This document shows, one piece after another, positions 18,208 through 26,022 of a stretch of DNA of 64,000 bases (positions are counted from its first letter, which is position 1; each line of letters starts with the position of its first letter). Source of the DNA: Acidobacteriota bacterium (GTDB lineage: Bacteria > Acidobacteriota > Blastocatellia > Pyrinomonadales > Pyrinomonadaceae); NCBI GenBank assembly GCA_041940165.1, contig JBGTSR010000013.1:94797-158796 (forward strand), in the 5' to 3' direction. The position numbers and the translations under genes were made by a program. The notes below the pieces were generated by a model that saw only the letters and a program-made list of their open reading frames with translations, had not been told where the DNA came from and ran no database searches.

Positions 18208-19470
18208 TCAGTGCGTTGCGGGCGGGACTTCGTGCGGAAAGAATAAGACGTTGCTCGGCGATGAGAACTTCAACTGCTCCTTTCGCAGTTGTGCCAGGCT
18301 CAGCAACTGGCCGGGGGTTTCGCCGTCGGCGCCAAATGATGACCAACCGATATTTAGCGAGACTTCGACAGTCTGGCTTTCGTTGATGGCAAATCTTCGT
18401 GCAAAAAAGCCGGCGTTGATACGCGTAATGATCTCTTGCGTAACCGCGCGGTCGGCCGTCGGTAAGATCAAAAGAAATTCGTCGTTAAGGGCCCGAGCGA
18501 CAAGATCCATCTGTCTGACGTTCTCTTTCAGCAAAGAAGCGACGAACGCCACCAACCGGTCGCCTGCGGCGTGCCCGAATGTACAGCTCAGTTCTTCGAA
18601 GTTCTTTATGTCGATCGCGAGTACGCTCAGCGGCCGAGTTTCCTTGTTTCGCTGTGCCTCGGCAACCTGATTTTCGAGAATGAGGTAAAAGGCCCGTTCG
18701 TTCGGCAGATCGGTCGTGAGATCGGTAAGCGAATTTGCCTGAGAGCGCTCGAACGATATCGAGCCCAATATTAACGGCTCGATCCTGCTTCCGATCGAGG
18801 CAAAAAGCTCGTAAAACTCGGGCAAGACCGCCTCGGACGTCGCGAAATATAGCTGCAGGACGCCGAAAACGTTGTCGCCGCGCTTTAGCGGTATCGCCAC
18901 GGCCGAACCGAACTCATCCGAGTCGTCTAAGGCAAGATAGCTATCAACCTCGACCTGCCGCGTCGAAAAAGCCTGGCCGGCGAGACCTTCGTCTAGCTCG
19001 AGGCTTTGACCTTTGTGCCGCTCCGCGGAACTTCCGTCAGCGTGCGATGCAACGAGGCGGGTGCGAGTCTTATCGAGCAGAAAAAGGACGATCGAATTGC
19101 AGCGCGTAACGGCCTTAACGCGATCCGCAGTCAACCGGAAAGCATCCGCCGAACTCAGCGAACCTGTAAAATATTCGGCGACCTCGTCTAGCGAACTGAG
19201 ATCGTTACGCTCCAAGCCATCGGTAGCAAGCGCCGTCCCAACTCTTTCCCTTTGTCGCCGATGCAGCAAGAACAAGAGAGTACAAACGCAGATATACGCT
19301 GCGAAAACTGTGGCAAAGCCCACGCCTCGATCGACGATCTCGGGCTCCGAGATCCAAAGCACGTACAGGCCCGCGACGGCCAAAAGCGAGACCAGGAGAA
19401 GCGAGACCGGAAGGAATGAGAATAGGGAAACGCGAGCGGTACGCTCGCCTTCCGAGTGATGTTCGGACAT
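18208..19470 (-). CDS. membrane-anchored GAF domain protein with a degenerate GGDEF domain
   Basis: Two N-terminal TM helices, a GAF-like middle region, and a C-terminal GGDEF fold in which the active-site motif reads LNDEF while an RxxD (RQMD) I-site sits 5 residues upstream. Confidence 0.8.
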   Translation of the reverse strand: MSEHHSEGERTARVSLFSFLPVSLLLVSLLAVAGLYVLWISEPEIVDRGVGFATVFAAYICVCTLLFLLHRRQRERVGTALATDGLERNDLSSLDEVAEYFTGSLSSADAFRLTADRVKAVTRCNSIVLFLLDKTRTRLVASHADGSSAERHKGQSLELDEGLAGQAFSTRQVEVDSYLALDDSDEFGSAVAIPLKRGDNVFGVLQLYFATSEAVLPEFYELFASIGSRIEPLILGSISFERSQANSLTDLTTDLPNERAFYLILENQVAEAQRNKETRPLSVLAIDIKNFEELSCTFGHAAGDRLVAFVASLLKENVRQMDLVARALNDEFLLILPTADRAVTQEIITRINAGFFARRFAINESQTVEVSLNIGWSSFGADGETPGQLLSLAQLRKEQLKFSSPSNVLFFPHEVPPATH

Positions 19471-19639
19471 GTTTGCTTGGGCGAAAGGAGCGCGAAAGTT
19501 GGGAGCGATCGCCAGTAAAAATATAGCGTTTTCAGCGTTTAGCCGTCAACAGATTTATCGCGTCCGAAAACTCGCCCTGGAAACCTGAAAAAAATGTAAA
19601 ATTTTTGCGCCGGAAAATCCATTTTTTTCAATTTTTTAG

Positions 19640-19668
19640 TTGACGAATCGATTTTTGGTTTCTATATT
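19640..19668 (+). promoter_or_regulatory. sigma70-type promoter of the first low-complexity lipoprotein gene
   Basis: TTGACG (19640-19645), 17 nt, TATATT (19663-19668), preceded by an A/T-rich UP-like tract. Confidence 0.5.
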
Positions 19669-19781
19669 ATCGTTTGCTTTGAGAAAGAAAGAGCTCTGAG
19701 CAAGAGGCTGTGTCACGATCAGCCGGTGCCTGAAACACAGGCGAGTTAATTCTTTGAGTAAGATCCAGGAGTCTTAATAAA

Positions 19782-20060
19782 ATGAAAAAGGTAATTGTAC
19801 TTTCAACTGTTCTCGGCATTAGTGCCCTCGGTCTGGCTTGCGGCGGCGCAGCTAACACCAACACGGCTAACAACGCCAACAAAGCTAACACGGCTAACGC
19901 TTCGACGCCTGCGTCGACGCCTGCTACGGTCGCTTCGCCTGTCGCTAATACTTCGAACACGACGACGTCGAACACCACGACCTCGAACACCGCTACTTCG
20001 AACACGACGACCTCGAATACGGCTAATGCTAACAAGCCGGTTCCGAGCCCGACCAAGTAG
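19782..20060 (+). CDS. small low-complexity (Asn/Thr/Ser/Ala-rich) putative lipoprotein
   Basis: Signal peptide ending in the lipobox-like LGLAC. The mature part is almost only N/T/S/A/P and includes TSNTT pentapeptide repeats. Paralogous N-terminus to the 20340 gene. Confidence 0.7.
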   Translation: MKKVIVLSTVLGISALGLACGGAANTNTANNANKANTANASTPASTPATVASPVANTSNTTTSNTTTSNTATSNTTTSNTANANKPVPSPTK

Positions 20061-20087
20061 GAACGAACCTGTTCTGTTGTTGATAGG

Positions 20088-20127
20088 AAAGCGCTCCGCA
20101 CGGTTGCGGGGCGTTTTCTTTTTTTGC
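20088..20127 (+). terminator. rho-independent terminator
   Basis: GCGCTCCGCA-cggt-TGCGGGGCG hairpin followed by TTTTCTTTTTTT. Confidence 0.6.
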
Positions 20128-20196
20128 TATGATTCGGCAGTTCAAAAACGTCTAAGTTTTCTGAATAAAAAATTGCATAATTTTGTGTTTTTGGGG

Positions 20197-20225
20197 TTGA
20201 CTTAATCGCCAACGGACACTATATT
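20197..20225 (+). promoter_or_regulatory. sigma70-type promoter of the second low-complexity lipoprotein gene
   Basis: TTGACT (20197-20202), 17 nt, TATATT (20220-20225). Same architecture as the promoter at 19640. Confidence 0.5.
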
Positions 20226-20339
20226 GTGCAATGTTCCTGAAAATTTAAGAAAGACATGGGACAAAGGCCGACGTTTACGCGGTCTTCGATAAATAAAATT
20301 AGATCTAATCTTTGAAGAAGACAGGAGAATCTTTTAGTT

Positions 20340-20642
20340 ATGAAAAAAGTGATTGCCCTTTCAGCTGTTCTCGCAATGGGTGCCTTGGGAATGGCTTGCG
20401 GCGAAGCTGCTAACACGAATACGGCCGCTAACAAGGCCGCTAATGCAGCCAACACCGCTGCAAACGCAATGGCAAATGCTGCAAACCAGGCTGCGACCGC
20501 TGCTAACGCAATGGCCAACGCTGCTAACACGGCTGCAAACGCGATGTCGAATGCTGCTAACTCGATGGCTAACAAGCCAGCTGCTAACGCTCCGGCTAAC
20601 ACCGCAGCGAATGCCAACGCTAACAAGCCGGCAAACAAGTAG
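20340..20642 (+). CDS. small Ala/Asn-rich putative lipoprotein with 11-residue TAANxxxNAAN repeats
   Basis: Signal peptide ending in LGMAC. The mature part contains TAANKAANAAN, TAANAMANAAN (x2) and TAANAMSNAAN. The nucleotide sequence shows corresponding 33-nt repeats. Confidence 0.7.
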   Translation: MKKVIALSAVLAMGALGMACGEAANTNTAANKAANAANTAANAMANAANQAATAANAMANAANTAANAMSNAANSMANKPAANAPANTAANANANKPANK

Positions 20643-20669
20643 TTTTTCGTTCGTTGATTTCTTTCCGGA

Positions 20670-20703
20670 AAGGCCCGGCCGCACGCGCGGTCGGGCTTTT
20701 TCG
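20670..20703 (+). terminator. rho-independent terminator
   Basis: GCCCGGCCGC-acgc-GCGGTCGGGC hairpin followed by TTTTTCGTTT. Confidence 0.65.
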
Positions 20704-20715
20704 TTTAGATCTCAT

Positions 20716-22734
20716 CTAGAGATCGGGACCTAGCTCGTCCACACTCGAAACAGGTTTCTGACAAGTGAAATTCTCGCAGACATAGACGGCCGGTCCCAGA
20801 CCATTCAGTTTCCCTTCCGTCAACGGTATCGTTTCCTCGCCCACGCGAGCCAGGGCGACCACCGAGTGTGGAAGGTATCGGCCCAAGACCTCGCGTTCAA
20901 GTTCGTTGACCGCCGGTCCCGCTACCACGATCTCTTTCCCGTCTGCCACCAGGAATTCGATCGCTGAAAGAGCCCGGCCGAATCCCTGCGGAAATCGCCG
21001 TATCTGCGCACCTGCAAGCCGCAGTGTCGCGATCGCGAAAGTTCGATATCGCTCGTCGCCGGTATATTTCGCGAGCCTGAGCAGAACATCCGCCGCGACC
21101 GAATTACCTGACGGTGTCGCATTGTCGTAGAAGTCCTTGTTTCTAACGACGAGTTCCTCGTGATCGTGCGATGTGAAGAAAAATCCGCCTAGCTCTTCAT
21201 CCCAAAATTCCGAGATCATTCGATCCGCCAGGCTCATCGCATTGTTGAAATGGTCGACATCTCCCGTGGCCACAAATAACTGCAACAGCCCATCCGCCAA
21301 ATTGGCGTGGTCTTCGAGATACCCGTTCAACTTTGCCCTGCCGTCTTTCCACGTTCGTTGGAGGACATCCCCGACTCGGAGTTCGCTAAGCAGGAACGCT
21401 GCATTCCGCTCCGCGATCTCAAGGTACGCTCCATCACCAAGCACTGCCGCCGCGTCGGCAAATGTCGCGAGCATCAGACCGTTCCACGCCGTCAATACCT
21501 TTTCGTCGCGGCCGGGCTTGATCCGCTTTTCGCGTTCGGTAAACAATTTTTCACGTTTGGAGCCGAGCGGTGCATCGCCCGTCGGCTTTGAGCGTGAGGC
21601 ATTGAGATTCAGGATATTGTGGCCTTCGAAATTGCCGCCATCGGTAACGTCGTACTGTTTGCAGAACTCTGCGGCTCCGTCGCCAAGCACCGCACTGATC
21701 TCTTCCGGCGTCCAGACAAAGAACTTCCCTTCTTCGCCTTCGCTGTCTGCGTCCTGCGTCGAATAAAAGCCGCCGGAGGCGTCGAGCATCTCGCGCCGAA
21801 CATATTCGAGAGTCTCTATCGCGATGCGTTTGTAGAACGCCGCTCGCTCATCGCCGCGGTTGCGGCACACCTGGTACGCGTGCAGATAGACGCGGGCAAG
21901 CTGTGCATTGTCGTACAGCATCTTTTCGAAATGCGGCACGAGCCATATCGCATCGACGGCGTAGCGGTGAAATCCGCCTCCGAGCTGATCATAAATGCCG
22001 CCCAACGCCATTTTGTCGAGTGTGAACAGCACCATCTCGAGAGCTTTCCCATCGCCGGTCCGCTTGTGGTAGCGAAGCAGGAATTCGAGCGACATCGCCG
22101 CCGGAAACTTCGGTGCACCGCCAAATCCGCCGTTGACCGCGTCGAACGAGCGTACGAATGACGAAAATGCTGCATCGAGCATCTCACTGTCCAACCCTCC
22201 GCCGGGTTGAACAACGGACATTCGCCGGAGTTCCCCCACGATCTCATTCGCGGAATGCTCGAGTTCGTCACGGCGCTCGCGATAGGCTTCGGCGATGCTC
22301 TCGAGGATCTGCCGCCACGACGGCATTCCGTATCGCGGAGCCGGCGGGAAATATGTGCCTCCAAAGAACGGCCGCTTGTTGGGTGTCAGAAAAACGTTCA
22401 TCGGCCAGCCACCGCGTCCGGTCGTGAGTTGCACGAAATTCATGTAGATCTGGTCGACGTCGGGACGTTCTTCCATATCGACCTTGATGTTGACGAAATG
22501 CTCATTCATCAAAGCCGCCGTCGCCTCGTCCTCGAACGACTCGTGTTCCATCACATGACACCAGTGACACGCCGAGTAGCCGATGCTCAGCAGAACGGGC
22601 TTATCCTCAGCCTCAGCCTTCTCAAATGCCTCTTCGCCCCACGGATACCAGTCGACGGGATTGTGCGCATGCTGCAGCAGATACGGCGAGGTCTCATCGA
22701 TCAGACGGTTTGTGTGTTCCTTTCTATCGGCCAT
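20716..22734 (-). CDS. thioredoxin-domain (DUF255) / six-hairpin glycosidase-like protein, YyaL/SPATA20 family
   Basis: N-terminus [29 protein letters not shown]...[14 protein letters not shown] is the hallmark of this family. Length 672 aa. Confidence 0.9.
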   Translation of the reverse strand: MADRKEHTNRLIDETSPYLLQHAHNPVDWYPWGEEAFEKAEAEDKPVLLSIGYSACHWCHVMEHESFEDEATAALMNEHFVNIKVDMEERPDVDQIYMNFVQLTTGRGGWPMNVFLTPNKRPFFGGTYFPPAPRYGMPSWRQILESIAEAYRERRDELEHSANEIVGELRRMSVVQPGGGLDSEMLDAAFSSFVRSFDAVNGGFGGAPKFPAAMSLEFLLRYHKRTGDGKALEMVLFTLDKMALGGIYDQLGGGFHRYAVDAIWLVPHFEKMLYDNAQLARVYLHAYQVCRNRGDERAAFYKRIAIETLEYVRREMLDASGGFYSTQDADSEGEEGKFFVWTPEEISAVLGDGAAEFCKQYDVTDGGNFEGHNILNLNASRSKPTGDAPLGSKREKLFTEREKRIKPGRDEKVLTAWNGLMLATFADAAAVLGDGAYLEIAERNAAFLLSELRVGDVLQRTWKDGRAKLNGYLEDHANLADGLLQLFVATGDVDHFNNAMSLADRMISEFWDEELGGFFFTSHDHEELVVRNKDFYDNATPSGNSVAADVLLRLAKYTGDERYRTFAIATLRLAGAQIRRFPQGFGRALSAIEFLVADGKEIVVAGPAVNELEREVLGRYLPHSVVALARVGEETIPLTEGKLNGLGPAVYVCENFTCQKPVSSVDELGPDL

Positions 22735-22965
22735 GTCTTTATTGTTTCACGTCACCGCATTAACTTTGAAACACCGACCGAAGTTCTGCTATAGTACGGG
22801 CATCATGACGCCCCGCTGTATAGCAAAACTGCGACCCGCCTGGCAGCGTGCCGACCTGTTCGGCGGCGACTAATCCTTTTTTCTCGTCCTGAGTGCGAGC
22901 AGAAATGCTCGTTTGCCTTCAACCGTTCTACGCGAATCTTCGCGCACTCTTGAAAGGAGAAAATC

Positions 22966-24327
22966 ATGACACCATCAGCAGAATTGCAGCGGCCCATCAT
23001 CAAAACCGAACTGCCAGGGCCGAATTCTCTCGAAATTATCAATGCCGATGCTCGATACGTAACGCCGAGCTATCCGCGGCCGGACTATAAGCTCGTCGCC
23101 GACCACGCAAGCGGCGTCTGGATCACTGATCCCGACGGAAACGTGTTCCTGGACTGCAACGCCGGCGTTGCGGTGTGCTCGACCGGGCACTGCCATCCTG
23201 AGATCGTCTCGGCGGTTCAGCAGCAGGTCAGCGAACTGATCCACCTTTGCGGCACCGACTTTTACTATCGTCACATGCCGGAACTCGGGAAAAAACTTGA
23301 CGAGATCGTCCCGATCGACGGCCCGACCAAGACGCACTTTGCCAACAGCGGTGCCGAGGCCATTGAAACGGCGCTCAAACTCGCCATGTACCACACGCGT
23401 CGGCAGAAGTTCATCTCGTTCTATGGCTCATTTCACGGCAGAACGCTTGGAGCACTGAGCCTCACGAGTTCTAAGCGCGCACAGCGGCTTGGATTCATGC
23501 GACAGGCCATTGACGTCACGCACGTTCCCTATCCCAACTGTTTCCGCTGCCCTTTCAACAAAGGTAAGTGTGACGACGGCTCGTGCTGTATGGGAACCGT
23601 AAGCTGGATCAAAGATCTTCTGTTCAAAACCACGACCCCGCCAGAAGAGGTCGCCGGTATCGTGTTAGAGGTCGTCCAGGGTGAAGGTGGCTATTTGCCT
23701 TGCCCGCCGGAAGTCGTTAAAGGCATCCGCCAGATCTGTGACGAACACGGAATTCTGCTGATCGTCGACGAGGTCCAGTCCGGCATGGGCCGCACGGGCA
23801 AGATGTTCGCCCTCGACCATCACGACGGGGTCAAAGCCGACATTGTCTGCATGGCAAAGGGCCTAGGTTCGGGAATGCCGATCGGAGCTTGCACCGCTAA
23901 AGCAGACATCATGGATTGGCACAAAGGTGCGCACGCGTCGACCTTTGGCGGCAATCCTGTCGCACTGACCGCAGCTCTAAAGACGATCGAACTGCTCGAA
24001 GGCGGCCTCGTCGATAACAGCCGTGAGGTCGGAGCTTATCTCGAAGCTGGCTTAAATAGGCTAAAGAAAAAATACAGCGTTATCGGCGATGTCCGCGGGC
24101 TCGGGATGATGCTCGGCGTCGAATTCGTAAAGGGTTCGGGCGACGTTCCGCACGCGGCCGATCCGGAACTCCGCGACCGCATCGAGATGGCCTGCTTCAA
24201 CAAAGGCCTCATCATCCTCGGCTGCGGCTCGAACTCGATCCGCTGGTCGCCGCCCCTCGTACTTGGTAAGCATCACGTAGACGTAGCACTAGAAATATTC
24301 GACGAAGCGATCGCTGAATCGATCTAG
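22966..24327 (+). CDS. class-III pyridoxal-phosphate aminotransferase (GabT/ArgD-like)
   Basis: AAGGAG RBS, DEVQSGMGRTG motif, and the PLP-lysine region MAKGLGSGMPIGA. Confidence 0.9.
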   Translation: MTPSAELQRPIIKTELPGPNSLEIINADARYVTPSYPRPDYKLVADHASGVWITDPDGNVFLDCNAGVAVCSTGHCHPEIVSAVQQQVSELIHLCGTDFYYRHMPELGKKLDEIVPIDGPTKTHFANSGAEAIETALKLAMYHTRRQKFISFYGSFHGRTLGALSLTSSKRAQRLGFMRQAIDVTHVPYPNCFRCPFNKGKCDDGSCCMGTVSWIKDLLFKTTTPPEEVAGIVLEVVQGEGGYLPCPPEVVKGIRQICDEHGILLIVDEVQSGMGRTGKMFALDHHDGVKADIVCMAKGLGSGMPIGACTAKADIMDWHKGAHASTFGGNPVALTAALKTIELLEGGLVDNSREVGAYLEAGLNRLKKKYSVIGDVRGLGMMLGVEFVKGSGDVPHAADPELRDRIEMACFNKGLIILGCGSNSIRWSPPLVLGKHHVDVALEIFDEAIAESI

Positions 24328-24334
24328 TTTATTT

Positions 24335-24406
24335 GCCCACGAATCACATGAATAGAACGAATTAAGAGCTGTTTTCTTATTCGTATCATTCGTGTAATTC
24401 GTGGGC
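24335..24406. repeat. REP-like imperfect palindromic element (long hairpin)
   Basis: Perfect outer arms GCCCACGAAT / ATTCGTGGGC plus about 13 of 18 inner pairs. One arm consists of three ATTCGT units with 9-nt period. Located 8 nt after the aminotransferase stop. Confidence 0.6.
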
Positions 24407-24465
24407 GAAACTTGCTATTGTATTTCCGCGTTGACTTATTTAAGTAGTATCTTTATTATTAGGCC

Positions 24466-24810
24466 ATGGACACATTCACTGCGATCGCTGAACCGACACG
24501 TCGAACGATCCTCGAACGTCTGGCAGCCAATGGACAGATGTCGGCCACCGAGATCTATCGGGGCTTCAAATCGACGCCGCCGGCAATTTCTCAGCACCTT
24601 AAAGTTTTACGTGAAGCGAAGCTTGTTCGCGTGGAAAAACGGGCCCAGCAGCGTATTTACTACGTAAACCCTAAACCGATGCAGGAACTTGAACGATGGA
24701 TACGCCAGTTCGCCGCGATCAAGGAACGCGAGTATCAGCGGCTCGATACCGTACTGGAAAAGATGAAGCACGAAGCCGCCGAACCGCTTCTTCCTTTCGA
24801 TAACGAGTAA
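24466..24810 (+). CDS. ArsR/SmtB-family transcriptional regulator
   Basis: FTAIAEPTRRTILERLA...ISQHLKVLREAKLV is the typical ArsR winged HTH. Confidence 0.85.
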   Translation: MDTFTAIAEPTRRTILERLAANGQMSATEIYRGFKSTPPAISQHLKVLREAKLVRVEKRAQQRIYYVNPKPMQELERWIRQFAAIKEREYQRLDTVLEKMKHEAAEPLLPFDNE

Positions 24811-24841
24811 TTAAGTCATTAGATAAATAAGGAGTAGACCA

Positions 24842-25357
24842 ATGAGCAATAAAACTGTAATCACCGCCGAGCCCGGCAAGCAGGAACTTTTTATCTCACG
24901 CGAATTCGACGCGCCCCGCGAACTGGTTTGGAAAGCCCACACTGATCCTGATCTCTACGCCCAGTGGGTCGGCCCGCACGGCATGGAAATGACTATAGAA
25001 AACTGGGACTGCCGCGAAGGCGGATCTTATAAGTACACACACGAACGAGACGGGCACAAATACTCGTTCTTCGGCACCTATCACGAAGTTAGCGAGCCAG
25101 AACGATTTATCGGCACGTTCGAATTCGACGGGCTTCCCGAGCGCGGACACGTGATCATGGGCAAGACCACATTCGAAGATCTGCCGATCGGCCGCAGCCG
25201 CGTTGTGCATCAATCGGTCTTCTTCTCGGTTGCCGATCGCGACGGAATGCTCCAGTCCGGAATGGAACGCGGAGTGAACGATGGCTACGAAAAGCTCGAT
25301 GCGGTTCTCGAAGATCTGTCGACGGTTCACGCGACAGGATCAGCGGTGACTGTGTAG
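24842..25357 (+). CDS. SRPBCC-fold protein (AHSA1/START-like)
   Basis: Size and pattern (REFDAPRELVWKAHTDP...) match the Aha1-like SRPBCC proteins commonly encoded after ArsR regulators. Confidence 0.8.
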   Translation: MSNKTVITAEPGKQELFISREFDAPRELVWKAHTDPDLYAQWVGPHGMEMTIENWDCREGGSYKYTHERDGHKYSFFGTYHEVSEPERFIGTFEFDGLPERGHVIMGKTTFEDLPIGRSRVVHQSVFFSVADRDGMLQSGMERGVNDGYEKLDAVLEDLSTVHATGSAVTV

Positions 25358-25392
25358 AGTTTGGTTTATTTCGTTCGCGGCTTCTTTGCGTG

Positions 25393-25449
25393 CTTTGCGG
25401 CTTTGCGTGAAACCGATCGTTTCCACGCAAGGTCGCCAAGGCCGCAAAG
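25393..25449. repeat. REP-like imperfect palindromic element (long hairpin)
   Basis: Outer arms CTTTGCGGC / GCCGCAAAG and inner arms TTGCGTGAAAC / GTTTCCACGCAA. One arm consists of three TTTGCG units with ~9-nt period. Located after the SRPBCC gene stop. Confidence 0.6.
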
Positions 25450-25493
25450 GAAGACGCCAAGAAGATCAACAGAAATTTGGAGCTTAGAAATAA

Positions 25494-25961
25494 ATGAGCC
25501 AGAAGATCACCACTTTCCTAATGTTCAATGACCAGGCCGAACAGGCTATGGAGTTTTACACTTCGGTATTTCAAAATTCACGCGTCAACGCGACGTTCCC
25601 GACACCGGACGGCGGCGTCGCGGGAGGTTCGTTCGAACTCGAAGGGCAACGCTTTCATTGCTACAACGCCGGCCCGCACCCAAATTTTGTCTTCTCGCAG
25701 GCTATTTCGCTGATGATAACGGCCGAGACCCAGGACGAGATAGATCATTTCTACGACACGCTCAGCGAAGGCGGCGAACAGCAGCCGTGCGGATGGCTGA
25801 TAGATAAATTCGGCGTCTCGTGGCAGGTAACGCCGACGATGCTGATGGACCTGCTCAGCGATCCCGACCGCGAGAAAGCAGGCCGTGTGACCGAGGTGAT
25901 GTACAAGATGACCAAGTTGATCATCGCCGATCTCGAAGCCGCCGCCAAAGACCGAGGCTAG
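25494..25961 (+). CDS. VOC/glyoxalase-fold protein (PhnB / '3-demethylubiquinone-9 3-methyltransferase domain' family)
   Basis: ITTFLMFNDQAEQAMEFYTSVF... and ...DKFGVSWQV are characteristic of this family. Confidence 0.75.
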   Translation: MSQKITTFLMFNDQAEQAMEFYTSVFQNSRVNATFPTPDGGVAGGSFELEGQRFHCYNAGPHPNFVFSQAISLMITAETQDEIDHFYDTLSEGGEQQPCGWLIDKFGVSWQVTPTMLMDLLSDPDREKAGRVTEVMYKMTKLIIADLEAAAKDRG

Positions 25962-25963
25962 AA

Positions 25964-25996
25964 AGAAAAAAAGGCGGCCGCAATTAAGCAGCCGCC
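25964..25996 (-). terminator. hairpin terminator downstream of the 26023-28362 gene
   Basis: The minus strand reads GGCGGCTGCTTAATTGCGGCCGCC followed by TTTTTTT. Confidence 0.55.
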
Positions 25997-26022
25997 TCAG
26001 TCACCATCAGCCGATCGAGTCG

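Noticed and set aside
19667-20638. A/L/V-rich ORFs (181 aa and 139 aa) on the minus strand opposite the two low-complexity lipoprotein genes.
   Set aside because: They are the complement of GCN/AAC repeat codons and lack an RBS, promoter or signal logic. The plus-strand genes have promoters, signal peptides with lipobox-like cysteines, and terminators.
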